This document shows, piece after piece, positions 40,401 to 52,330 of a DNA stretch of 64,000 nt. The DNA is from Eledone cirrhosa (lineage: Eukaryota). How positions within the stretch are numbered: the stretch's first letter is position 1; each line of letters begins with the position of its first letter. The DNA lies in NCBI GenBank assembly GCA_964016885.1, contig OZ024740.1, positions 273,606,001 through 273,670,000 on the forward strand, given 5' to 3'. Under the pieces are notes generated by a model that did not search any database, was not told the origin of the DNA, and saw nothing but the letters and a program-made list of their open reading frames with translations. Position numbers and translations under genes: made by a program.

Positions 40401-41282
40401 CACCGACAAGAGTAAAAAGAATAAAAATACCAGGTAATCGGGTTTGGAATGAAACGTACAAAGATAACACAAAGACAAATAAATCAATTATATTTTGTTT
40501 TGATTTGTGTAAAAGTAAGTCTATTTTTTAAGCTGAATGAATCTGATAGAATTGGATTGAAATATTTCAAGATTTCAACCTTCTTTGCTGACGTCTTTAT
40601 AGAGTATGAAGACATTACAAATTTCACCTGCTTAGACGGTCAGTGTTGTTTAGAAGAATCTAAACTATAAAAAAAAGGCCTGCGGGACTGCGTACGGTTT
40701 ATTTTTGTTATATCCAGTTAGTAAAATAAGTTGGATTACTTTGAATAAATAATGAATGAATATTACATAATTTATCTACTAAATTTCGTAAACAAAAATA
40801 ATTTCGTAACAATAAATAATTTAAAATTGACTTCTTTTCAAAGTTGCACTTCCGGTATATCGTTGCCACCACCACCACCACTTCAACTGCCATATATATA
40901 GAAAGAGAGAGTGTGTGATGTCAACACTTCCGGTGGCGATCACTTAAATAAACATACTCATTTTCTGCCACTAATTTTCTCCTAATGTAGTTTATATATA
41001 ATATCGTCTTTTGTTAATGTATCATGGATTACGTTACTAATTACATAAGACAGTATAACACACTCTTCGTTCAATTTCTGTGTATATTGTCAATTACGAT
41101 TTTATTTGATGTAGCATATCTACATATATATATACTTGCGTACCGTTTATTTGTTTATATCCCGTTAGTAAAATAAGTTGGATTACACACTACACTTGCT
41201 AGCAGAAAAACCACCCGAAGATTATTTTAATGTTGATTTCTTACGTTTGCAGAGAATCTAAAATTTGTGAAATGGTGTAGAT

Positions 41283-41637
41283 TAGGTGTTCCCAAACAAT
41301 TTTGCGTCATCGTCCACTTTCACATGGAATACATTTCCATCACCCACCTGTAAAGTAGATATTCAAAATCTTACCAACATTTTACCAAAAATGTTTGATA
41401 AAAGTGTTTACTGGTTCGTTAATCCCATTTAGCTTCCTTTATCTTTTGTACACAGCTTCTGTTCATAACTCCTTTGAATATATCTTTTTCGTGTAGCATA
41501 TGTTAAACTATTTTCTTAATACTCCTATTCCTATATCATCCCCTAACATTTATAATTACCTACCATATTCTGTTGTGGCCCACCCAAACGTTGAATCCTC
41601 CAACGGTAGGAGATATTGCCCAGGTTGGGAAACCCTG
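41283..41637. mobile_element. hAT/Charlie-type MITE
   Basis: Left end TAGGTGTTCCCAAAC, right end GGTTGGGAAACCCTG; 8-bp TSD GTGTAGAT / GTATAGAT resembling the NTCTAGAN preference. Confidence 0.7.
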
Positions 41638-42019
41638 GTATAGATAATGACATCAACCTTAGTACTTGAGTGAATGAAAATCAATTTTGTATATTCAGTA
41701 TATTCATCAGAATATTCATTATTATCACAATCTCCATCGTAAACTTTATCATGTCCTCATCAATTATTTCCTGCACTGCATTTATTACTATTCTACCATT
41801 TCAAATAACGAAACAATTTCAACCATTAGAAAGAGAGGTATGAAAAAGATATGTAGGGAAACTTATAAAAGCAAACAACACTGCAAAAGGAAACAACACT
41901 AACATCTACAAATACAACCTCACTCCTTTCTGGTTATTTCAGGGTAAACAATACTTATGAAACTAACTATTATTGATAAATAGAAACACTCAACTAATAC
42001 ATGTAACACACACATATTT

Positions 42020-42312
42020 GTTGGTTAGACCGTGAGGTTGTCTAATTTCTTGAGCGGCCAACACTCTGTGTCCTTGAGCAAGACCATTTATTTCATGATG
42101 CTCCAATTCATACAGTTGTAAAAATGAATTGGGACGTCACTGGTGCCAAGATGTATCAGCCTTAGCCTTTGTCTTAGAATAGATCAGTGGCGTGGAGAGA
42201 GAGACTGGTCTCCATGGGTGATTCTAGTTATTCAACAAAACTCTTTGCCAAGGTTTGTGCCTTCCTAAGTGTAAAGCCCTTGGGTATGCGTGACCAAAGT
42301 GTGTCTTTACCA
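42020..42312 (+). mobile_element. CORE-type SINE, degenerate
   Basis: GTGTCCTTGAGCAAGACCATTTATTTCATGATGCTCCA...CAGTTGTAAAAATG; ends TCTTTACC. Confidence 0.65.
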
Positions 42313-42904
42313 TTTTTATATATTTTATATTCATTTATTTATTTCTACTCATGATTTTTTAATATATCGGCGGGAATACTACACAAATAGCGAGTGAGCT
42401 GTTTTTAGAAATTCTCCCTCCCTACCTCAGTCTACGACTGTCACAGGTATTATCGCAGATACTATAACAAAACACGTGAGTTATGGTCTCGAATAAGACT
42501 TAATTATGGACAGTTAATATCTTGTTTAATTAATAAGATGCCCCACTTCTGATTGTCGGCTTCTTTAGATTGGTAATTATCCATTTAATAATGGTAATTG
42601 TCCTGTTTTCTCAAGAGCCGAAACCAGGTTGTATAGGACAATATATTGCTGATATAAAGTAAGTAACATATATTTAACATTTGGCTTGGTTCTATGTTAC
42701 TAATTCGGAATATATTACAATTGTATCCATAATATTATCGTTTATGAGGGCTCTCTGTCTTTTGTATTTTCACGCCAATTCTATACTCTCCGGTTATAGT
42801 GTGTGTGACAGCCCAAACCTATGCAGGTTTAGTTGGCCTCTTCCAAGGTATATCTCGTTGGAGGTGTCTTGAGTAATTCAATGATAGGGACTCAAATCCT
42901 ATCA

Positions 42905-43045
42905 ATCCATTTCTACAGCTGAGTAAACTGGAGCAACGCGAAATAAAGTGTCTTGCTCAAGGAATCGACACATCACCGGTCCGAGAATTGAACTCACAAC
43001 CTTTCGATTGCAAGCCCAATGCTCTAACCACTAAGCCATGCGCGT
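42905..43045 (-). mobile_element. CORE-type tRNA SINE (head + core)
   Basis: Minus strand has A-box TGGCTTAGTGG, B-box GAGTTCAATTCTC, then CCTTGAGCAAGACACTTTATTTCGCGTTGCTCCAG. Confidence 0.8.
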
Positions 43046-43096
43046 TCCGGTTATGATACATCGGGTTGATATTTCTAACTTCGATTTAAATTCATT

Positions 43097-43142
<46 letters not shown>

Positions 43143-43155
43143 AACACACACACAA

Positions 43156-43220
<65 letters not shown>

Positions 43221-43223
<3 letters not shown>

Positions 43224-43406
43224 AGTCAGGATCAAGACGGCTGAGCTCCGGCCGTTTAGATAGCTAGATCACAATCTAGCTGTCGAAACAGCCGGAGCTC
43301 AGCCGTCGGGGTCATGACACCTTTTCTATTACCCTATCTACTACCCTAAGTATCGAGTACTCTGGTACTTTATGGTCCACCTGGGATCTTACCACACGTT
43401 CGTTGT

Positions 43407-43409
<3 letters not shown>
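43221..43409 (+). mobile_element. Hairpin element family A copy 3 in (TA)n
   Basis: Hairpin 43236-43307; the tail is the reverse complement of 3301-3400-like sequence. Confidence 0.75.
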
Positions 43410-43440
<31 letters not shown>

Positions 43441-43615
43441 TATATATATATACTTAATATAGAAATGGGTTATGATTTCCTTCGAATGAAATAGTTCTAG
43501 TCATGTCGAACCTATTTCTATATTAAATATTTATGCACTTCTATGTATTGAGTACCTTACTTACGGTGTTTACCCCCGATTCAACTCGTGACACCCACAC
43601 GCACACACACACACA

Positions 43616-43707
<92 letters not shown>

Positions 43708-43744
43708 TATATATATATATATTTACACACACACACACATGAAA

Positions 43745-44279
43745 TACGTGAAGTTGTATATCTGGTAACATACGGTATGTTTATAAATAAACATTTTGAA
43801 AGCCTTCCATTATGAATTTGAAAACTGACAGCATAGCGCTATCTTTTGTATTCCAACAGAAGCTAAGTACTGGCAACCAGTGATGATGACGTCATCATTT
43901 CTGACTTTAGTCGTTATCAAACTGGTACTGCCGACCACTTATTGTTGGAACATAATATAAGATAAAATATAGTTTAGAAGCCTATTTACATTTGCTGATC
44001 AAGCACATTGGCATATAGAGTTACGGCTGGCTCAGCCGGAGATAAAATGGGGGCATATAGCATATATATTATGTTCCAATAATAAGTGGTCGGCAGTACC
44101 AGTTACATAACGACTAAAATCAGATATCATGACGTCATCATCGCTGGTTGTCCGTACTTACCTACAGTTGGAACATGCTAGATGGCGTTATGCTGTCAGT
44201 TTTCAAATTCATAGCTGAAGGTTTTCAAGATGTTTATTTGTAAACATACCGTATGTTACCAGATATACAACTTCATATA
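43745..44279. mobile_element. ~535 bp foldback/MITE-like element with ~215 bp inverted arms
   Basis: TGAAGTTGTATATCTGGTAACATACGGTATGTTTA ... TAAACATACCGTATGTTACCAGATATACAACTTCA; ~105 bp spacer. Confidence 0.85.
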
Positions 44280-44302
44280 CAAAGCTATGTTAGAGTTAAT
44301 GC

Positions 44303-44340
<38 letters not shown>

Positions 44341-44348
<8 letters not shown>

Positions 44349-45158
44349 TAAAATAACAGATTAAAGTTTAAGCAAAGAATCGCTGCTTTCACCCTTAACG
44401 GGATCTTCTGAAACTAACAAAGTCAATCTGTAAACGCAGAACTGGATATTTCAAAAAACGTTGCAACCGGAGGAAGACAGGAAGACGATACTTTGGTTCA
44501 TGGTGACGTTCGCTGGCAAAGAACGGGAAAAAACGAATAATATGTCATTAATAGGAGCGGTGAAAAACAATTACGCGCAAAGACAAAACCACATTTATGG
44601 TATAAAAGAGGTCGTAGACTAATGTTCTCTTAGGTGGTGCATAGAGACGTTCTCTGGCAATGAACGAAAAAACGAAGATAATAAGTCATATGTGGAGCGT
44701 GGAGAACAATAGCACGCAAAGACAAAACCACGTAAATGGTATAGCAGAAGTCGTAGACTAAAATTCTAACTAGGAGACCGAATGAATCTCCGCTACAGAG
44801 TTAAGAACAAAGTAAATAAATACAATACAGAAGTAATAGGAACAAATAAATACATACACGCAAACAGATACGTACATACACAAGCATACGCAAAACCTTA
44901 CCATAGGTATACAAAACCACGCACATCGTCTTCCTGTCTTCCTCCGGTTGCAACGTTTTTTGAAATATCCAGTTCTGCGTTTACAGATTGACTTTGTTAG
45001 TTTCAGAAGATCCCGTTAAGGGTGAAAGCAGCTATTCTTTGCTTAAACTTTAATCTGTTATTTTAATAAATATTTGCTCTTCGGTTCTTATATATTTGAT
45101 ATATATTTTCCTTATCGAGCCCTCTCTGGATTTTAGTCTTCAATTTTATTATTATTAC

Positions 45159-45160
<2 letters not shown>
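44341..45160. mobile_element. Non-autonomous inverted pseudo-LTR derivative of the PLE at 4980-6260
   Basis: 44341-44926 is the reverse complement of 5602-6173; 44926-45160 is a direct match to 6020-6260; gives ~148 bp inverted repeats plus a one-sided tail. Confidence 0.85.
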
Positions 45161-45184
<24 letters not shown>

Positions 45185-45193
<9 letters not shown>

Positions 45194-45690
45194 GGATGTA
45201 TATATAATGTATTTTGCAATACACTTTATGCTTAATTAAAAGCATTTTGAAGACCGTAAGCTATTGTTTTAAAGTAGTGACAAATTCACTTACTTTGATC
45301 TCAGCAAACAGGGGAGATAAGCCGACAAGTCTTGTTTCGCTTTGGTTGAAGCTTATCAAGGCCAACTACCCCTCCTGTCTACCGAGATCATTGATGTTAT
45401 ATTCTTATAGAAATCTAGTAAATAATCAGGAGCTGATTATGCAGAGCGGTTGTTGGTCAGGCAGAAATAAAAAATTAGAATTGGAGCTCTGATAAGCTTC
45501 AACCAAAGCGAAACAAGACTTGTCGGCTTATCTCCCCTGTTTGCTGAGATCAAAGTAAGTGAATTTGTCACTACTTTAAAACAATAGCTTATGGTCTTCA
45601 AAATGCTTTTAATTAAGCATAAAGTGTATTGCAAAATACATTATATATACATCCATATATATATATTGCTATTTCAGAGCTCCAATTCTA

Positions 45691-45695
<5 letters not shown>
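45185..45695. mobile_element. Foldback element with ~170 bp near-perfect arms carrying a hammerhead
   Basis: Arms 45185-45358 and 45490-45662; an extra inverted 21-mer at 45674-45694 matches 45472-45492. Confidence 0.88.
45484..45529 (+). ncRNA. Type I hammerhead with variant core CUGAUAA
   Basis: GAGCT-CTGATAA-GCTT-CAACCA-AAGC-GAAA-CAAG-A-CTTG-TC-GGCTT. Confidence 0.7.
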
Positions 45696-45728
<33 letters not shown>

Positions 45729-45842
45729 GGATTTAAATGGATACAGTTCAGTTAAAAGGAATTTATTGACACGTGTTTCAATAACAGTTACATAACCTGA
45801 AAACAGCTGCTATCTACAAAGTATACAACACTACGGAAAATA

Positions 45843-45912
<70 letters not shown>

Positions 45913-46211
45913 GCTTTTGTGTCTGGTAATGCTCTTAGGGTAATTGCTCTATTATATTGGTTTAAATCTTACATTCCCAGGTTTTTGAGCAACAAAAACC
46001 TATTAGATTAAAGCTACCTGTTATATGTAATGCATTTCAGTCTCCAATCTGTCTAATATTTTTTTAATTCATAAAATTGTACTCACTTGATAAAACTCTC
46101 TATCAAATATGTGATAATAAAATCAATTCTTAAACAGATTTTCATATACATACGTGTATATAGTCTACACACATACACACACAAACATACAAATACCCCT
46201 CCCCCTCTTCC

Positions 46212-46255
<44 letters not shown>

Positions 46256-46323
46256 TTACATATATGATGAGTTCCTGCCAATGAAACGGTTCTAGTCATA
46301 CAGAAGGCATTTCTCCATATATT

Positions 46324-46360
<37 letters not shown>

Positions 46361-46380
46361 GGGGGGGGGAGAAAGCGTGA

Positions 46381-46484
46381 GAAGAAGAAGAAGAAGAAGA
46401 AGAAGAAGAAGAAGAAGAAGAAGAAGAAGAAGAAGAAGAAGAAGAAGAAGAAGAAGAAGAAGAAGAAGAAGAAGAAGAAGAAGA
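46381..46484 (+). repeat. (GAA)n microsatellite
   Basis: Perfect run. Confidence 0.95.
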
Positions 46485-47001
46485 AAGTGAGAGAAGGAGA
46501 GAGAGAGAGAGAGAGAGAGAGTGTGAAGGAGAGGCTCACACATATTGGTGTATTGTTATTCTTGTGAAAACTGTCAAAATAGAGCAGATCAAATTAAAAT
46601 TACAAAATCGAGTTTAAATTAAGTTCATGAAGAGATAATATGATTTAAATTCTTTATTCCAAGAAAGTTATGCTATAGCATTTTTACTGTAATGAGACAT
46701 TAAAAAAGCTTCATTAGCTTTCAAAAATTAGATAAAGAAACAGAAAGTAGCACGGAAAGAAGTAAAGGTAGAACTTTTTGTTAATGTGGCAAACTATCCA
46801 GCAGAATATCAAGAAATATTAAACAAATGTATACAGAAAAACTACTTCAAAATATTAAGGGAAAAGTTTAAACATATAGCACATAAAATATAAACAAACG
46901 CGCATCAACACATACAGACATTCAAACAGAAGCACACACACACACGCGCACGCGCGCACACACACACACATATATATGGGTATGTATGTACATATATATG
47001 A

Positions 47002-47035
<34 letters not shown>

Positions 47036-47121
47036 ATGTATGTATATATATATGTATGTATATATATATATACATATAAATACATACATACTTGCACATA
47101 TATATATACATACATAATACG

Positions 47122-47171
<50 letters not shown>

Positions 47172-47509
47172 TGCATACATTCATACATACCTTCATAAAT
47201 ATATACATGGTGGTGAGTCTGTGTCTGTAATTGTATATCTGTCTTTATATGTGTTTGACTGCATATTTAGGTAACTCGTGTAAAATAAATATGATGTTGT
47301 GTCAGTTATAACAAGAAACTTCTATAATTAATTGGCTTATGTAATAAATTAATAAACAGAGTTTGTTGTTGAATGAATAAAGTTATCTTGTCTATTTAAT
47401 AAGTGTAGCTTCGAAGAGGCAAGATAATAAGAAAATAAAGTACATATACATATAAATATATAAATTATATATATGTTTGTGTTTGTGTTTGTGTGCGTCT
47501 TTGTGTGTG

Positions 47510-47541
<32 letters not shown>

Positions 47542-47544
47542 AAG

Positions 47545-47583
<39 letters not shown>

Positions 47584-47614
47584 CGATATATATATATATA
47601 TATTTATATATATA

Positions 47615-47674
<60 letters not shown>

Positions 47675-47773
47675 GTATATAAATATAATGAATACAGAAT
47701 CAAATAATATTTTATGGAGTGTAAGGAGATGACAAGAAGGAACGAAATAACAGAAAGACAATGAGAAGGATTC

Positions 47774-47982
<209 letters not shown>

Positions 47983-48302
47983 AGGGGTTGGATTACGCGA
48001 TGTTAGTTAGCCTGGAGGTGAAGGTGTAGCAAAATATAATAACCGATTCATCGTAATTATTCTAGATTTTCTTAATGCATTTTTTGATACTGCCTTTATT
48101 TTTAGAAGTATTAGTGAGGGTGTGATTGTCCCGGTTTTGATTCTGCTGTTGTTTATGTCGATGTTTTCTAACTGCAGTTATTGTTAGGTAGCCTCTGGGT
48201 TAGTTTTAACCTTATTGGAGCAGATCATGTTAGTAATGATATAGCAGGCTTCGGAATAAAATTGTCATTTTCTCCACACACACACACGCACGCACACGCA
48301 CG

Positions 48303-48403
<101 letters not shown>

Positions 48404-48417
48404 GCACACACACACAT

Positions 48418-48452
<35 letters not shown>

Positions 48453-48668
48453 CACATATTTATATATAAATAAATATATATATATACACATATTTATATA
48501 TAAATATATATATGTACTTATATATATATGACAAATGTAATCTGAGTTTTTCGAATCTTAATAATATTCGATTCGTTTGCAATTATGCAAACAAGCCTCT
48601 TTTAAACCCTGTCAGTAGAATGAGCCCCTCATTCTTGCTGTTGTGTTGGAATATAAACAGAACATTTG

Positions 48669-48709
<41 letters not shown>

Positions 48710-48715
<6 letters not shown>

Positions 48716-48950
48716 GAACACTGGAAGGTAATATCCGTAGTGGTAGAGCACTCAGTCCATGGAAGGAGTTAGGTAGAAGTGGTTACACAACAGTTAGTTC
48801 ACCATCCCGAGTACAATTGTTTCACCTTAGCGGATCCTGAGCTCGTAATGGGCATGGTTATACGGAACATGCCCATTACGAGCTGAGGATCCGCTAAGGT
48901 GAAACAATTGTTCTTGGTATGGTGAACTAACTGTTGTGTAACCACTTCTA
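48710..48950. mobile_element. 240 bp foldback element with a hammerhead in each arm
   Basis: Arms 48774-48856 and 48868-48950; one-sided tail 48710-48773; embedded in (TA)n. Confidence 0.88.
48873..48922 (+). ncRNA. Minimal type I hammerhead (mirror copy at 48802-48851 on minus)
   Basis: CCATTACGAG-CTGAGGA-TCC-GCTAA-GGT-GAAA-CAATTG-TT-CTTGGTATGG; the mirror copy has CTCAGGA and TA-CTCGGGATGG. Confidence 0.75.
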
Positions 48951-48971
48951 TATATATATATATATTTATAT

Positions 48972-49937
48972 ATAAAATATTAAACAAATAATGAACAAAC
49001 AATTCCTTATATTAAACAAAAAAAGTTCACTATTTAACGATCGTTTCTAGGGCATATATGTGTTATAATTGGTATGCATATTTAACAGATCTATGTACAA
49101 AATTATACAAAATTATACAAATTATCAAGATTAAATATACATACCTAACTCATATATACGCCGTCTTCAGAAATAATGAAGTATATTTATTGATAATAAC
49201 AACAATTCAAAATATCAGTTCAAAATTGACCAATGAAAACACAAAGGGTTAAAAGCAGTTTGGTGTGTGTATATACATGCAAAAACCTTACACATATTTT
49301 ACAATAATGTGTGTATAATTTGTATGTGTATACTAAAAAGATGGATGTAAACACAAAATTTCAAGGTTAATATCTCTGTAAGCTTAATGCGCTGATAAGA
49401 TACGCAAAGATACTTATGGAGTCAAGCATATAAATATATTTTTTTCATACACACACATATCAGTATAATCACACATACATGTGCGTATATGCATAAATAT
49501 ACACATAACCACGAACATACAAACACACACACTCCCCCACTCACATTTATATATGTGGATATAAAATCATAAGCAAATAGAAATTAAGTCACTCACATAA
49601 AAACACTGGTACACACATTTCAAGATCAAGATACAGAAATTAGGTGGGAGGGGGGGGAGGGGTCAGTATTTGATTGTCAGACCAGACAGCCTAAAATAAA
49701 TGTATCTATAAATTAAGAAAAATAAAAAAATAAAAACAATAAAATATAATAAATGTACATACACATACAGATATACATACACATACATACATGTACGCGC
49801 ACATAGAGATATCTACACATACATACATACACACATACCTATACTGTCATACACACACATACATTTACACGAACATACACATACACATATAAAAAGATAT
49901 AAATACACACACACTCACGCGCAACACATATACACAT

Positions 49938-49976
<39 letters not shown>

Positions 49977-49997
49977 TATACACACACACATAGACTC

Positions 49998-50031
<34 letters not shown>

Positions 50032-50496
50032 ATACAAACATATATATCCCCACACTCATACCACCATAAATATACATACAAACACCCACATGTATATATA
50101 TATATATATATATATATATCCACATACACACACGTACACATATATATATATACATACACATATATACACATACATATATATATATACACACACATAAAAA
50201 ACAGACATGCACATATATATATATATATATATACATATTTCATTACTCTTATATATACACATAGTATATATACATACACAACCTCACTTATACACATATA
50301 CACATAAGTTATATTACAATAATAATAAAGAATAATATATATATATATATATACATATATACACACATATACATATATACATATACATATATATATACAC
50401 ACACATACATACACATACATACATACACCTAAACATATACATACATAAATACACACATACGAATAAAGACATATATTCACACATAGACACCTATAT

Positions 50497-50532
<36 letters not shown>

Positions 50533-52330
50533 ATATATATACACATACATACATATATATATATACATATATATATACATATACACACACACACACACAC
50601 ACAGACACACATACACACTCACATATACATATATATATATATGTGTATGTGAGTGTGCGCAAATACATATATATATACACACACACATACAAACACACAC
50701 AAACACATACATATGCATATATGCACACACACACACATATATCACATAGATACGAAGATAAACATATAAATAGAGAGACATACGAATATATACAGAACCC
50801 ATATACACATACATACAACCACGCATATACATATACATACATATATACACATATATATATTCCTATATACAAGCATACACATACATACACATATATACAT
50901 ATACATACACATATACATACCACACATTCACATACACATACATATATAATACATATATATACATATATATACATACATATGTATGTACAATCATATATAC
51001 ACACTCAATCTTACATTCATATTTACATGCTCATATATGTATTTTTATATTTAGAAATAAATACCAAAACCTATATAGACACCCACCTACACATATATTC
51101 ATACATATACTCTTACAAAAACAGATGATAATAGTATGGGGGAAAGGGGGGGTTTGGAGAAGGGGATCAAAGTAAATATATGTTTCAAGAAACATATAAT
51201 ATTTTCCGTATCTTAATTCAATGTATGTTCTTACATATTTTCAGTGCTAGGAAATACGAAATCTATGCATCCCAAAATAAAAAAGTATACCATTAATCAT
51301 ATGTTAACTAAACCAAAGATAGTCAACATATTGATTTCCAAGGTGTAAATTAGTTAGGTTTATAATATTTGAAGCAAAATTATGAAGTCAAACAGTAGTA
51401 GATTATTAATTACATTATAACTAAATTAAAGTTAATAACGTTATGGTATCAATATTAGGAGATGAATTTAGTAATAGGGAAAAGAAACCCAAATAAAAAT
51501 AAAATAAAGTATTACATCGGTAGTAGCATATAAATTATATGTTAACTAAATTAAAGATTATATATTTATTTCAATAGTATACGTTAATTAGTATATGTTA
51601 ATTAGGTATACAATACATAAAGCAGATATTGTATTTCATCAATAGCATAATATAATTATATGCAAATAAAAATCAAAATTAATACGCATACATATACATA
51701 TACATACACATACACATATATATACATATACACACATATATATATATATATACATATATATACACATACATAGATATATAGTCACATAAATATACATACA
51801 GATACACATACAATACACACATATACATATACATATAGATATACATATCTTTTTCAAAAAATTGCACAGAATATATTAACTAGGTATATATCCAAAACAC
51901 ATCCCATTCTATGATTACATGACATTCTGCAATTCGTCTGTACAAGGATACTAATTTTAAGCAAATTAAAATTAAAGTTTTAGGTTGATTAAAACTAAAA
52001 CCAAATAATAAATATATTTCCAAAATGTATATTAATTAGGTCTATAATACTAAAAATTCTTTCTCCGTCATAGGATACATGATATTATTTTGTTATATTT
52101 TATCTGTAAAAGAATTATAATAAAAAAAAAAAAAAAAAAATTATAATAAAAGGTTAAAATAAATTAAAATTAATCTATAAATTAAATTACTGAGTATATA
52201 TTAGTAATATTTAAAGGTTTTTCAAAATTTATGATTACATAATATTTTCTCATCTGTAATAAAATATTAATTAAATTAAATTTATAGGTTAACTAACATT
52301 TAAATTAAATTAAATTCTAGAATAATGTTA
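48972..52330 (-). repeat. Pseudo-LTR copy 1 (~3.36 kb)
   Basis: Near-identical to 54653-57951 and 60685-64000. Confidence 0.92.
49026..49180 (-). ncRNA. Type I hammerhead ribozyme with 116-nt stem II
   Basis: TTCATTATTT-CTGAAGA-[stem II]-GAAA-CGATCG-TT-AAATAGTGAA; 10-bp stem I; predicted cleavage between 49036 and 49035. Confidence 0.82.

Noticed and set aside
42990-43045. tRNA gene
   Set aside because: The A and B boxes belong to a SINE head; no intact cloverleaf.
49058-49252. 64-aa ORF repeated three times
   Set aside because: Antisense to the hammerhead, starts at a non-ATG codon, and is identical only because the pLTR is repeated.
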